64,000 nucleotides of DNA from contig OZ243961.1 of assembly GCA_965214605.1 (NCBI GenBank), positions 1 to 64,000 on the forward strand, given 5' to 3'. The notes under the pieces are model-generated. The model made no database searches. It worked only from the letters and a program-made list of their open reading frames with translations, and was not told where the DNA came from. This document shows positions 52,294 through 62,833 of the stretch, one piece after another. Origin of the DNA: an uncultured Candidatus Binatia bacterium. GTDB taxonomy: Bacteria; Desulfobacterota; Binatia; Bin18. Every line of letters starts with the position of its first letter. Positions within the stretch are counted from its first letter, which is position 1. Both the position numbers and the translations under genes were made by a program.

Positions 52294-53126
52294 AGATATG
52301 AATACCGTGTAGATCGTTGAACGAGTATAGACCGAGCTCTCTGCCAAGATAGCGCTGAGGAGTGATACCGAGTGCTCTAGGGCCTTGGTCGCGAGTTGGC
52401 ACGGTTCAAGACGACCCATTCGACTCTTGGGGTGGTGATGAGATCAAGCATGCCCTCCTTGCTATCGAGATCATTTATGCTGGAAAGTTGACCGCGCTCA
52501 ATATCATGCCGCGACGTAAGTTCAGCACCTCGATGCTGGGATTGTGAAGTGAAAAAGCTCATTCAGCAGGGGAACGGAAAGGAGCCAAAAGGGATAACGA
52601 TTGATTATAATAGCCGTCTTCCCTGCAGGAAGGCGCTTGTCAAGGTTGGCTGAGATGGTGTGGACGTTGCCTGCTGCTCCCTTTTTGCCTTGCTGGGCAA
52701 ATGACGGTTGTGACCTCTATCCTGATGGACAGCGATTTCCTCACTTACGGCTTTGAATTGTACGAAGGAGGCAAAGGGCGCCAATCGGAGCGAGTATTGA
52801 GTATGCTGACCCATATGGAGAGGGTTCTGTTCGGTAGCGGCGAATGTACACGTATCCGACCCCGCTCAATTACAAGCTGAGCCTCTTCTCCCTTCGCCGC
52901 ATGCTTGTGATCAAACGGCGTGATTCGGCAGCGCTTACCAAATGCGAGGCGCGGTGTACTGACCGTAGTGTTAGAGATGACAAGTGCCGGAATTCTCTCC
53001 CCTGTATCGTGATTGACAACCCCACGAGTCGTTCTGCCCCTTTCAACGGGATATCCTTCGCGCCCGCAAGTCCCGCCGCCCAAAGCGGCCTACCGTAGCC
53101 GTGCCTCAACTGTCAGAATAATCCTC

Positions 53127-53510
53127 ATGGCAAAACTCATAGAGAGAGACTCTCCCTTTGCGGAACTCTCCCCACACAGCCGAGCGGGAATCTTGGCGCA
53201 AAGAGTCGTCCCGTCCTCTCTACTATACAAGTGGTGGGCGCGGGGAGGCTCGGTCTTCCGGGGTATGTCTTGGGGGCATGTCTGAAGGGTTGTGAGGATT
53301 TCTGGAAGCGCTTCTATAACAAGAATAGCTTTTTGAGCGTATTGTCCTCTTCGACCCTTTCATGGGGAGCGCGGTCGGCGAAGCGATGAAGCTCGACTCT
53401 CAAGTCGCAGGCCGCAATATAAATCGGTCGTCTACATCGTCTGTCAGGCGGCATTTTTCCGCTCCGCGGCCCCTGAAGTTCTCTCTGCGTATCGGCGTTT
53501 AGAGCGGGTG
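53127..53510 (+). pseudogene. DUF1156-type adenine DNA methylase N-terminal remnant
   Basis: LIERD.PFAELS...AERESWRKE..RP...KWWAR..SVFRG...FDPFMGS across frameshifts. Confidence 0.65.
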
Positions 53511-54031
53511 CACTGATGACGAGGGCAAGCGAGGTGTAAGACCCCAATCCTGAACTCTTCGCGACAAAGCTCACCGCGGTCTTGGCCGAGTGTAGCCGTG
53601 TCCTCGCCAACAACGGTCTGTCTCTTCTCACCTAGCATCACGCGCGACACGGGAGCTGTAGTCGATAGCGCGCTCAGACAGGCCGGGTTCCTCTGCCCCC
53701 CGATAAAGGCTGCGATGTCAGTGGCAATGCCTTTGCAGCAGGCTCCATCGCCAATCCACTGAGATCTGATTATGTCATAAGACCCGGAACGGAGCCGCAA
53801 ACGGCCGGGAGCCATAGCAGTCTGCAATTGACATAGGGAGGGAACAGGTCTCAAGACCGCGGTCAGCCGGTATGAAGGGGCCCCGCGGTGATGCGAAAGT
53901 CATTCGCATGGGAGGTGCGTTCTGTGCGAAGCCCGTACAATACAAGAGCGTGATCGGGAGGAGCGGTTTTTTGGCGAACTGGCCCGGCATCTTGATACGG
54001 ACGTCGCTCAGGTGATTTCTGCAAAAAGTGA

Positions 54032-54134
54032 AGTGCTCTATGTACTCTCGAAGGAGCTGCAACTGCTCCGGCTCCTTCGCGTACATAGAGCACTACTGAG
54101 CTCCTTGAGGGAGGGCATACTCTCCTAAGCTCAG
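54032..54134. repeat. two tandem long hairpins
   Basis: AGTGCTCTATGTAC/GTACATAGAGCACT 14-bp perfect outer stem plus 11-bp inner stem; second hairpin CTGAGCT...AGCTCAG. Confidence 0.7.
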
Positions 54135-54374
54135 CGGCTCATCCTAAGCGCGCCCACCAGAGATTGATGAAAATTAAGGAGCTGACCTGAGGAGTTCGTT
54201 GGCATGCGCGGTTTTTCCGTTGCGTCGCGCAGAGGGATAACAGGCACGGGTGAGACGGTCGCCCGCGAGAGCTAGAAGTGGGCCTGCCCCTCACGTTTGC
54301 ACTTCTCAGTATCGAAGGTTAGAGTGAAAGAAGATAATTCCAAGCCTTGCCCGCTCTCCGAGGGAGTAGCATCT

Positions 54375-56114
54375 ATGGTCGACCGTATAACCGCTCTGGT
54401 GGTGAAAGATTCGCTGGAAGCGATTTCTGAGGAAATGAGCAAGACCGTGGAACGGACCGCGGTCCACCCACTATTTAACGAGGTCCACGACTATTCAACC
54501 GGAGTGTTCTTTTACGATGGGTACGATGTTCGCCTAGTTGCCCGGGCAACGGCTATTCCGGTTCATATCTTTGCCTCTATCCTGTCCGTCGAAGCGCTGA
54601 TGGACACCTTTCGTGATGACCTGCACGAGGGTGACGTGGTCATGGTCAACGATCCGTATTATGGCGGGACGCATCACGCCGACTGGACGGTCATGAAGCC
54701 CGTCTTTTTTGCCGGCAAGCCCGTGCTGTTTCCGTCCGTGCGCGCCCATATGGCCGATTTTGGCGGACCGGTGGCGGGCGGCTATAATCCTGAGGCCACG
54801 GATATTTGGCAGGAAGCTCTGCGTATTCCGCCCATCAAACTGTTTGAGAAAGGACAGCTCCGCGAAGACGTCTTAGACTGGATTCTGTCGAACTCACGTA
54901 TTCCAAAGGTGCTGCGGGGGGATCTGGCGGCCATGTTTGGGGCGTGTAATCTGGCCGAACAGCGCATTCAGGCCCTGTTTGCCAAGTACGGTGGTGAGGT
55001 GGTCAACGACAGTATTGAGTACACGCTAGATTACGCCGAAAAACGGTTCCGAGCCGAGGTCGCCAAGTGGCCCGATGGCAGCTATCGGGGGACCGCCGTC
55101 CTCGACCACGACAGCCTGGGCAACTATGATGTTGAGGTCACGGCGACAGTAGAGATTGAGGGCTCGGATTTGAGCGGCGATTTTACCGGATCGAGCCCCG
55201 AAACGCCGGGTTTTGTGAACAGCCCGTTTGGCAATACCGCGTCATGGGTCTATACCGCTCTGTGCTCGGTGTTGCCCGACGATATTCCGATCAACTCTGG
55301 TGTGTTCCGGGCGGTTCGGATTAGCGCTCCCGAGGGCACGGTGGTCAACCCACTCCCGCCCGCACCGTGTATGTTTAGTACTGTGGTCATTGGTGGCGAT
55401 ATCGGGACGGCAACGATGCGTGCCCTGGAGCAGGCGGTACCAAACCAAGCTGGAGCGGTGGCGCTCAACTACTGTTTGTGCACCACCTATGGACACGACT
55501 CGCGCTACAACTCGATGTTTGTCACCATTGAGTACGGCAATACCCTAGTGGCGGCGAGCGGCACTCAGGGGAGCGACGGCTGGGGGGGCTGGCCGGCACC
55601 GCTGTGTGGACTGATTTATTCCACGGTCGAGATGAGCGAGATTCAGTTTCCGTTTTTCTACCACCAGTACGAGTACGTCTCGGATACCGCCGCCCCCGGC
55701 CAGTGGCGCGGTGTGCCCGGCTTTGCCATGAAGCGGGAAAGTGTACGGGACGAATCAATCATTAATGTCGCCCTGACCGGGGTACGGCATACCTCGCCGG
55801 GCTATGTGGGTGGGAAAGACGGTGCCAGCAGCCGCTATGTACTCAACTGGGGAACCGAACACGAGGAGGAAGTTCTGGAATCGGCAGCCAATCGCCCCTC
55901 CCCGCCGGGCTCAATCATCGCCACCTTCAAGGGGGGCGGGGGTGGTTGGGGCGATCCGTTTCGACGCGATCCCCAAAAGGTCCTGGATGACGTCCTTGAT
56001 GAGTACGTTAGTGTCGAACAGGCGGAAAAAGATTACGGGGTGGTGATTGATCCTGATACGCTGGTCCTTGACCTGGAGGAGACCATTCGGCGGCGGGCGC
56101 AAATGGCGAAGTGA
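54375..56114 (+). CDS. hydantoinase B/oxoprolinase family subunit
   Basis: DYSTG, NDPY.GGTH..D, HMADFGG, GGGGWGDP. Confidence 0.92.
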   Translation: MVDRITALVVKDSLEAISEEMSKTVERTAVHPLFNEVHDYSTGVFFYDGYDVRLVARATAIPVHIFASILSVEALMDTFRDDLHEGDVVMVNDPYYGGTHHADWTVMKPVFFAGKPVLFPSVRAHMADFGGPVAGGYNPEATDIWQEALRIPPIKLFEKGQLREDVLDWILSNSRIPKVLRGDLAAMFGACNLAEQRIQALFAKYGGEVVNDSIEYTLDYAEKRFRAEVAKWPDGSYRGTAVLDHDSLGNYDVEVTATVEIEGSDLSGDFTGSSPETPGFVNSPFGNTASWVYTALCSVLPDDIPINSGVFRAVRISAPEGTVVNPLPPAPCMFSTVVIGGDIGTATMRALEQAVPNQAGAVALNYCLCTTYGHDSRYNSMFVTIEYGNTLVAASGTQGSDGWGGWPAPLCGLIYSTVEMSEIQFPFFYHQYEYVSDTAAPGQWRGVPGFAMKRESVRDESIINVALTGVRHTSPGYVGGKDGASSRYVLNWGTEHEEEVLESAANRPSPPGSIIATFKGGGGGWGDPFRRDPQKVLDDVLDEYVSVEQAEKDYGVVIDPDTLVLDLEETIRRRAQMAK

Positions 56115-56628
56115 GCGCACGCGCGGCCGAGGGACAGGGGAAAGGGGGGGCGTTTTTCTCCCGCCCCTTCCAGGTGTCTGCTTGCATTGAACGCGTCTTA
56201 GGAAGGTGCCGGTCCCGAATGGAGCGTCGTTAGAGCCTCGTCCACGGTTTGCCATTGTGGACCGGCAAGAGGAGCGCTGCCGTAAAGCCCTCTAATGACA
56301 TGAGGACAGTGGCTCAAAGAGGTCCCTGTTCTCATCGCTCCGCTCAACTTGTGGGATTGCACCCGGTTTCATGTCCCACCTCTTCGGTAGCGCGCTGGCC
56401 TTGGTTCCTGGTACGGCGTTGCCTCATCTCCAAGGTGTCCCATGACTGGGCGCTGCGTCTGAGAAATTTTGGCGCAGAAACTGTCCATGGGATCCCATAT
56501 CCTATCACCAACAAGCACCTGCATCCTTATCACTGGAGGCGTAACGAAGAGGGGTGGATAGTTGGGGAGAAAATAGGCACACTGACATGAGCTTGTCGTG
56601 AGTCTGTCAAGAGAGGAAGGAGTGCGCA

Positions 56629-57768
56629 ATGCAATTTGGTCTTTTGTACGAGATGGAAACCCCCCGGCCGTGGAACAAATTGAGCAGCTATAACGTGTAT
56701 CACGAGGCCCTAGCCCAGGTGGAGCTGGCAGATAAAGTCGGTTTTGACTACGTCTGGGAGGTTGAACACCATTTTCTGGAAGAATATTCGCACAGCCCAG
56801 CCCCCGAGGTCTTCTACGGAGCCGTCTCGCAGCGGACCAAAAATATCCGGATCGCCCACGGCGTGCGTTTACTCCCCCATCGCTTCAATCATCCGATTAA
56901 GGTCGCCGAGCAGGCTGCCGTGCTCGACATTCTGAGTAACGGCCGGATGGACCTCGGCACCGGTCGCTCGACCACCGCTCAGGAGTTGGACGGATTCGGG
57001 GTTGATTATGAACGGACCCGCCTCGAAGTCCGAGAAGCGCTCGATGTGATTGTCAAAGCCTGGACGGACGAAATTCTCGAATACAAGGGCGAGACGATTA
57101 CGGTGCCGCCTCGGATGGTCGTCCCCAAGCCGATTCAGGATCCGCATCCGCCGATGTGGATGGCCTGTGTGGCCCCGGATAGCTACGAGATGGCCGCCAA
57201 TCGTGGGCTTGGCGTGCTCAGCTTCAACTTCAACTGGGAGCAGGTCCAGAAGACGGTGGATATCTACCGGACCGCCTGCCAGAATCCCAACGATGTGGTC
57301 AGCAAGGTCACTAACGACCGTTTTGCCGGGGTGGCAATCTGTCACGTAGCCGAGAACAAAGAGGAGGAGAAAGCTGGTATTGACGGAGCGCGGTGGTTCC
57401 TCCACCATGTCGCCAAGTTGTTTGAACCGCTGATGGTGAAAAACAATCTGTACTCCTACGAATACCTCCGCCAGCTGTTTGATCTGAACGAGGATGCCAA
57501 CGACCTCAGCGACCAACAGATCAAAGATCATCCGATGGTCACGGTCGGCAACCCGGATGAGGTGGCCCGCAAGCTCGAAAAATTTGAGCAGGGTGGACTC
57601 AACCAGGTGATCTTCTTCAAACAGGCCGGTCGGATCCCGCACCAGTACATTATGCGTTCCATCCGGCGTATCGGCGACCACATCATCCCCCACTACAACC
57701 CACACAGGAAGCTCGCGACCGATGTGGATCTCCGTTTTGCTGAACAGCAAGTGGCGGCAGCCAAATAG
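56629..57768 (+). CDS. LLM-class flavin-dependent oxidoreductase (luciferase-like)
   Basis: VEHHFLEEYSH, GRMDLGTGR, PKPIQDPHPP. Confidence 0.92.
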   Translation: MQFGLLYEMETPRPWNKLSSYNVYHEALAQVELADKVGFDYVWEVEHHFLEEYSHSPAPEVFYGAVSQRTKNIRIAHGVRLLPHRFNHPIKVAEQAAVLDILSNGRMDLGTGRSTTAQELDGFGVDYERTRLEVREALDVIVKAWTDEILEYKGETITVPPRMVVPKPIQDPHPPMWMACVAPDSYEMAANRGLGVLSFNFNWEQVQKTVDIYRTACQNPNDVVSKVTNDRFAGVAICHVAENKEEEKAGIDGARWFLHHVAKLFEPLMVKNNLYSYEYLRQLFDLNEDANDLSDQQIKDHPMVTVGNPDEVARKLEKFEQGGLNQVIFFKQAGRIPHQYIMRSIRRIGDHIIPHYNPHRKLATDVDLRFAEQQVAAAK

Positions 57769-57817
57769 TCCGTCTCGTATGAGTCGTGCCCGGACGTCGT
57801 GTCCGGGCGGCTTGGGC

Positions 57818-58672
57818 TTACTGGACAACACTGGCGTTTGCAATCAGCACAACCGTATCATCCGGCTTGGCCAACCAGACAAAGGCGGCGGTTCTGCCAG
57901 GCTCGTCCTCGATCCGACCAAGCTCGACCCCGCGCGCAATGACCGTGTCATTTTCCCATACCGGGTTGGTAAATTTTACATCCATCCGGCCGCTGGTCCA
58001 CCAGGCGGCACCATAGTGCTCTTCAAGGATATGACCGGCATACGCCATTGTCATCCGTCCTCCGACCACCACATTGCGAAATCCCAGCTTCCGCGAGGCC
58101 TCACGATCAGTGTGGTAGTTAACGTCACCGCCAAAGAACCGATCACACATTTCTAGCGTAATCGTGCGCTTAAGCGGACCAAACGGCTGGCCCTGAGGGA
58201 CGGTAAACTTACGGGCGGCGGATTTTGCTTTTGGATCGCGGAACTGGAGTTCGCCAGAGTGTTGATCGAGCAGAAAGCTCTGGTGGTGTTGGCTGCGCAG
58301 GACAAGCTCACCCGCCGAATCACGGAGCTCTACGGCGTACTGCACGACCCGACGGTTGCGGCGCTGATAGATATCGGCAATGTAGCCGGTGGTCTCATAG
58401 TCGTGTCCGACCTCGAGCGAGGCAAAGAGTTCCCACTCTTGGCGCATCCACAGATGGCCAAAATGATTGCTGAAGCAGATTTGATCAAAGTAGCCGTTAT
58501 CCGAGCCGCTGGCCAGCATGGATGGCACCGCGGACATCTGGGGTGCCGAGGCGGCGAGGGCTAAGCCATGATAATAATCGTCCACTATATTTTGACTGAC
58601 GGGAAAGAGCCGACGCTCAAGCACTTTTCCTACATGGGGTTCGGGACTGGCCGTTCGAGTATGACTCATCAT
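57818..58672 (-). CDS. double hot-dog MaoC-like dehydratase
   Basis: NYHTD.EA...GF...VVGG, KFTNPVW. Confidence 0.75.
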   Translation of the reverse strand: MMSHTRTASPEPHVGKVLERRLFPVSQNIVDDYYHGLALAASAPQMSAVPSMLASGSDNGYFDQICFSNHFGHLWMRQEWELFASLEVGHDYETTGYIADIYQRRNRRVVQYAVELRDSAGELVLRSQHHQSFLLDQHSGELQFRDPKAKSAARKFTVPQGQPFGPLKRTITLEMCDRFFGGDVNYHTDREASRKLGFRNVVVGGRMTMAYAGHILEEHYGAAWWTSGRMDVKFTNPVWENDTVIARGVELGRIEDEPGRTAAFVWLAKPDDTVVLIANASVVQ

Positions 58673-58814
58673 TCTCCTCCTTTCGGCGGCTCCCAATGTC
58701 TCAGAGAACGCTCCCGTGAGCAATGCCTTGAACCGGCTCTTTGGAGCGCGGGCCGATTCCAAGGCCGGGACGGCTTGCAAAACCGCACCGCTCGTGTTTG
58801 TGTGTCCCGTTCGT

Positions 58815-59513
58815 ATGCGGGACTCCCCTCTTGATACTGCCTCCTCACCCTGGTCGATCCATACCAGCCACGTTTTCTATTCCTTTTTGGCCGGTATTTT
58901 TCTCACCGCCCTGACCCTGGGTAATGTCGTTGGCATCACCAAGTTTGTTGAGCTGGGCTGGTTCGTCATTCCGGTCGGCCTGTTGGCTTATCCGTTTACC
59001 TTTCTGGCGACCGACCTGATTAGTGAACTGTACGGCCGCCAACGCGCCCAATCTTTGGTATGGGTCGGCCTAGGCATGAATATCTTCATGCTGTTCCTGA
59101 TGTGGTTTGGCCATACGCTGCCGGACGCTACCGGCGTGTCGGGCGCAACGGCGACGTTTGAGCAGGTGTACGCGTTTATGAAGCCGAATGTGGTGGCGTC
59201 GATGATTGCCTATTTGGTTGCCCAGTCGGTGGATGTTCAGCTCTTTCACTTCTGGAAGACGCTTACCGGGGGGAGGCATTTGTGGCTACGCAACAACGGC
59301 TCAACGCTGTTAAGCCAGCTTGTCGACACGGTCCTGATTTCGTCCGTCTTGTACGCGTCGGGTGGGATTGGGGAGGAGATTGACTCCGTTGCGAAGTTGA
59401 TCCCCCTGGTTTTATCGTCCTACGCGTTCAAATGTGTTTTTGCTGTGCTGGATACGCCGCTCTTTTATCTCGGCGTATACGTACTGCGCGACCGACTCTC
59501 CAGCCTTGAGTAG
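58815..59513 (+). CDS. queuosine precursor transporter (VUT/YhhQ family)
   Basis: YPFTFLATDLISELYG, HLWLRNNGST..SQLVDT, DTP. Confidence 0.9.
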   Translation: MRDSPLDTASSPWSIHTSHVFYSFLAGIFLTALTLGNVVGITKFVELGWFVIPVGLLAYPFTFLATDLISELYGRQRAQSLVWVGLGMNIFMLFLMWFGHTLPDATGVSGATATFEQVYAFMKPNVVASMIAYLVAQSVDVQLFHFWKTLTGGRHLWLRNNGSTLLSQLVDTVLISSVLYASGGIGEEIDSVAKLIPLVLSSYAFKCVFAVLDTPLFYLGVYVLRDRLSSLE

Positions 59514-59522
59514 AAGTGGATC

Positions 59523-60182
59523 TCAGGCGTGTTTCTGGTCTGCCCATTTGTTGTAGCGTGTGATCCGCAGGCTGTCGGGCGTTTCGTGCAGACAGTAGGT
59601 GGTTGGGGTCCGAAACGTCGCTACCTTGAAGCGTCGCCGGGCTCTGGTCCACAAGTCGAGATCTTCTCCATAGTTCAGATCGCCAAACCCGCCTAGGGCC
59701 AGAAACACCTCCCGTTTGCCGAAGAGGGTGCCGCCAATAACACACTCGGACAGCCGGACCAGCCGTTGGGGATCGAAAAAGTCGACCGTCCAGTCTTTTC
59801 CCAGGACGCGGACGCCTCCCTGTACCAGGTCGAGATCATGGCGGCGTAGCAGAGTGAGCCGCGTTCCCAGATGCTGAGGGAAATACTCATCATCGCTATC
59901 CAAACAGGCGATATAGCGCCCGCGGGCGTGCTGAATGCCGAGATTACGAGCCGCACCGACTCCCCGATTATCCTGGTAAAGATAGCGAATCCGAGACGTT
60001 TTGCGACACCATTCTTGGACGACCTGAGCGGTGTTGTCGGTACTGCCATCGTCAACCACAACCAGCTCCCAGTCGGTGAAGATCTGGGCTAGGACCGAGC
60101 GAATGCTCCGGGGCAGTAAGGATGCCCGCTCAAACGTTGGCAAGATGACCGAGATGCACGGCGTGGGCGATGTTGAGCACAT
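59523..60182 (-). CDS. glycosyltransferase family 2
   Basis: SVILPT, VVDDGSTD, ARN.G, LDSDD, ED. Confidence 0.9.
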   Translation of the reverse strand: MCSTSPTPCISVILPTFERASLLPRSIRSVLAQIFTDWELVVVDDGSTDNTAQVVQEWCRKTSRIRYLYQDNRGVGAARNLGIQHARGRYIACLDSDDEYFPQHLGTRLTLLRRHDLDLVQGGVRVLGKDWTVDFFDPQRLVRLSECVIGGTLFGKREVFLALGGFGDLNYGEDLDLWTRARRRFKVATFRTPTTYCLHETPDSLRITRYNKWADQKHA

Positions 60183-60662
60183 CTTCCCCTCCATAATCGG
60201 TGTCCTTCTCTGACACTGCACTCTGATATCACAGTCCGGCTGGGATTGGGAGCGGAACGGCAGAGGTCAGGCTCCGGTGGGCGGGGCACACGGCTTGAGA
60301 ACATGCCTGTCCGGCGAAGTCGGCGGACTAGTTCTGGATCATAGGGACTTCGGCCGGAACTCTCTTGTCGCGGAGTTGCGGCCACTGCCCAGTTTTGGGG
60401 TGCTCTCCGAAGCCCCTAGCCTAGCGGAGATCGGTTCCTGCGAGACCAACTCCGAGGCCTGGGATATGGCACGAAAAGGCTCCGGGACAGGTTCTTTGCC
60501 CAAAGGGCGCCTTCCTCCACATCTTGGATACCGCCCATCGTCTTCTCCTTCTCTGGGCAGTCCCGGACAGCCCAACACAGCTTTACCGGTTTCCCTGACG
60601 CGGCAAATGTGATGCAATGCTGCGCGCGACGTATTCCGCACTGTTCTGAATGGAGGCATAGC

Positions 60663-61424
60663 ATGCCGACTCTTGATTGTAATGGGATCCATATTCACTA
60701 CGAAGCGCACGGCTCAGGGCCGGCCGTGCTGCTGACGCACGGCTTTAGTGCCACAACAGTTGCCTGGAACCCACAGGTCGAAGCTCTGTCCCAACGCTAC
60801 CGATTCATCACCTGGGACCTGCGGGGGCACGGTCAGTCGGACAGCCCGGATGACCCGGCGGCGTATTCTGAGGCTTTGTCTATCGCTGATATGGTTGCCT
60901 TGCTAGACGCCGAGGGCGTTGAGCGAGCCGTGCTTGGCGGGCACTCACTCGGTGGTTATCTTTCGCTCGCGTTTTATTGCGCGTATCCCGACCGGGTGAA
61001 AGGCTTGGTGCTGCTCGGTACGGGACCCGGCTTTCGCAAAGACTCCCCCCGTGAGGCGTGGAATCAACGCGCGCAGTCTTTTGCCGATGCGTTTGAGAAA
61101 AAGGGGCTTGCGGCGCTTGGGCAGAGTCCTGAGGTTCGGGCCGGCTCGCACCGCTCGGCCCAGGGCTTAGCCCATGCCGCTCGTGGCATCCTGACCCAGC
61201 ACGATGCCCGAGTCATGAATGCGCTCGGGTCAGTGGATGTCCCAACATTGGTGATGAGTGGCGACCGGGACAAGCCCTTTTTGGCCGCGACCGATTATAT
61301 GGCTGCGAAGATTCCACGCGCAAAAAAAGTGCTCCTAGCCGATGCCGGACACGCGGCCAATATCGAGCAGGCCGCAGTCTTCAATCAAGAGTTCGGCGCC
61401 TTTCTCGACCAGCTCTGGGCATAA
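60663..61424 (+). CDS. alpha/beta hydrolase
   Basis: HGF, DLRGHG, GHSLGG, AGH. Confidence 0.92.
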   Translation: MPTLDCNGIHIHYEAHGSGPAVLLTHGFSATTVAWNPQVEALSQRYRFITWDLRGHGQSDSPDDPAAYSEALSIADMVALLDAEGVERAVLGGHSLGGYLSLAFYCAYPDRVKGLVLLGTGPGFRKDSPREAWNQRAQSFADAFEKKGLAALGQSPEVRAGSHRSAQGLAHAARGILTQHDARVMNALGSVDVPTLVMSGDRDKPFLAATDYMAAKIPRAKKVLLADAGHAANIEQAAVFNQEFGAFLDQLWA

Positions 61425-61580
61425 ACCGGACGGCTGCTGTTAGACTTCGCCAGACAAAAAGCCCCGCTCCTTCCGTAGGCGCCCGTCTTGGACTGGTTGG
61501 AGAAGAGCCGGAGGCGGGTGGACACGGGGAGCGGTTCCGACCCTAGCGTTTTCAGAAACACGAGCATGATGAGGATGCCC

Positions 61581-62750
61581 ATGGCACAAATTGACACTGT
61601 TTTGAACCGCACGGTCGAATCCGGCGACATCCCCGGCATCGTTGCCATGGCGGCCGACGACAGCGATATCATCTACCGAGGCGCGGCCGGCAGACGTGGG
61701 GCCGCAACGGCTCCGGTCATGACGACCGATACCGTCTTTCGCATTGCTTCGATGACCAAGGCGGTGGCCTCTGTGGCGGCCATGCAGCTTGTTGAGCAAG
61801 GAAAGCTGGCGCTCAATGAAGCCTTGGAGACAAAAATTCCACAGCTGGCCAATCGCCGGGTGTTCGACGGGTTTGACGCAAACGGCAGCCCTAGGCTCCG
61901 TCCGGCCGGCCGCCCGGTCAGCCTCAGACACCTCCTCACCCACACCTCCGGGTATTGTTATGAGCTCTGGAACGCCGAGTTTAGGAAATTGGTAGAACAA
62001 TCCTCCATCCCCAGCTTTAACGATGGCGGCGATGGATTCCTGGACTCGCCCTTGGTGTTTGATCCGGGCCAACGCTGGGAGTACGGTATTAGCACCGACT
62101 GGGTTGGCCGTGTTGTCGAACATCTCAGCGGGCAAAATTTAGCCGACTACTGCCGGGAGCATATTTTTCAGCCGCTCGGCATGACCGATACCGATTTCTC
62201 CCCGCCTCCAGACCAACACACCCGTATGGTCGGGGTCTGCCAGCGCCAAGAAGACGGCTCGCTCAAGCAGATTGAGTTTGAGCTCCCCCCCTTTGATGGG
62301 CGATTTTTCAGCGGTGGGGGTGGGCTGTACGCAACCGCTGGCGATTATCTGATATTTTTACGCATGTTGCTCGCTGGTGGGACGTACAACGGCGCACAGG
62401 TCCTCAAGCCTGAGACGGTCGCCCTGATGGGCGAAAACCATATCGGCCAACTGAGCGTTGGGATGGCCAAATCGGCGATTCCCTTTCTCTCTAATGACAT
62501 CGAATTTTTCCCTGGCATGGAGAAAAAGTGGGGGCTTGGATTTTTGATCAACACCCAAGCGCTCAACACCGGTCGCTCAGCCGGGAGTCTCAGCTGGGCC
62601 GGTCTCTTTAACTCGTACTATTGGATTGATCCGGACAAGAAGGTCACCGGCGTCATCATGATGCAACTCCTGCCCTTCTTTGACCCCAAGGCATTAGAGG
62701 CTTTAGAAGGCTTTGAGACGCAGGTGTATCGCCAGCTGGGACAGAGCTGA
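61581..62750 (+). CDS. serine hydrolase (beta-lactamase-like)
   Basis: SMTK, LLTHTSG, WEYG, WAG. Confidence 0.9.
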   Translation: MAQIDTVLNRTVESGDIPGIVAMAADDSDIIYRGAAGRRGAATAPVMTTDTVFRIASMTKAVASVAAMQLVEQGKLALNEALETKIPQLANRRVFDGFDANGSPRLRPAGRPVSLRHLLTHTSGYCYELWNAEFRKLVEQSSIPSFNDGGDGFLDSPLVFDPGQRWEYGISTDWVGRVVEHLSGQNLADYCREHIFQPLGMTDTDFSPPPDQHTRMVGVCQRQEDGSLKQIEFELPPFDGRFFSGGGGLYATAGDYLIFLRMLLAGGTYNGAQVLKPETVALMGENHIGQLSVGMAKSAIPFLSNDIEFFPGMEKKWGLGFLINTQALNTGRSAGSLSWAGLFNSYYWIDPDKKVTGVIMMQLLPFFDPKALEALEGFETQVYRQLGQS

Positions 62751-62833
62751 GTCTGCTTGGGTCGTTGGACACGCTTGGGGCGCCACAGCAGGAGGAGCCG
62801 GCCAAGACAGGCGATGCTAAACAGGAGCGCGGT

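Noticed and set aside
53820-54035. Possible TerB-like fragment (EERFFGELARHL)
   Set aside because: Similarity too short and frameshifted to support
56226-56265. c-di-GMP-I riboswitch (GGCAAACC...GGACG on the minus strand)
   Set aside because: GAAA-capped stem and second stem absent; points away from any gene start
58680-58815. preQ1 riboswitch upstream of the queuosine transporter
   Set aside because: Only a generic hairpin; no preQ1 consensus or A-rich tail
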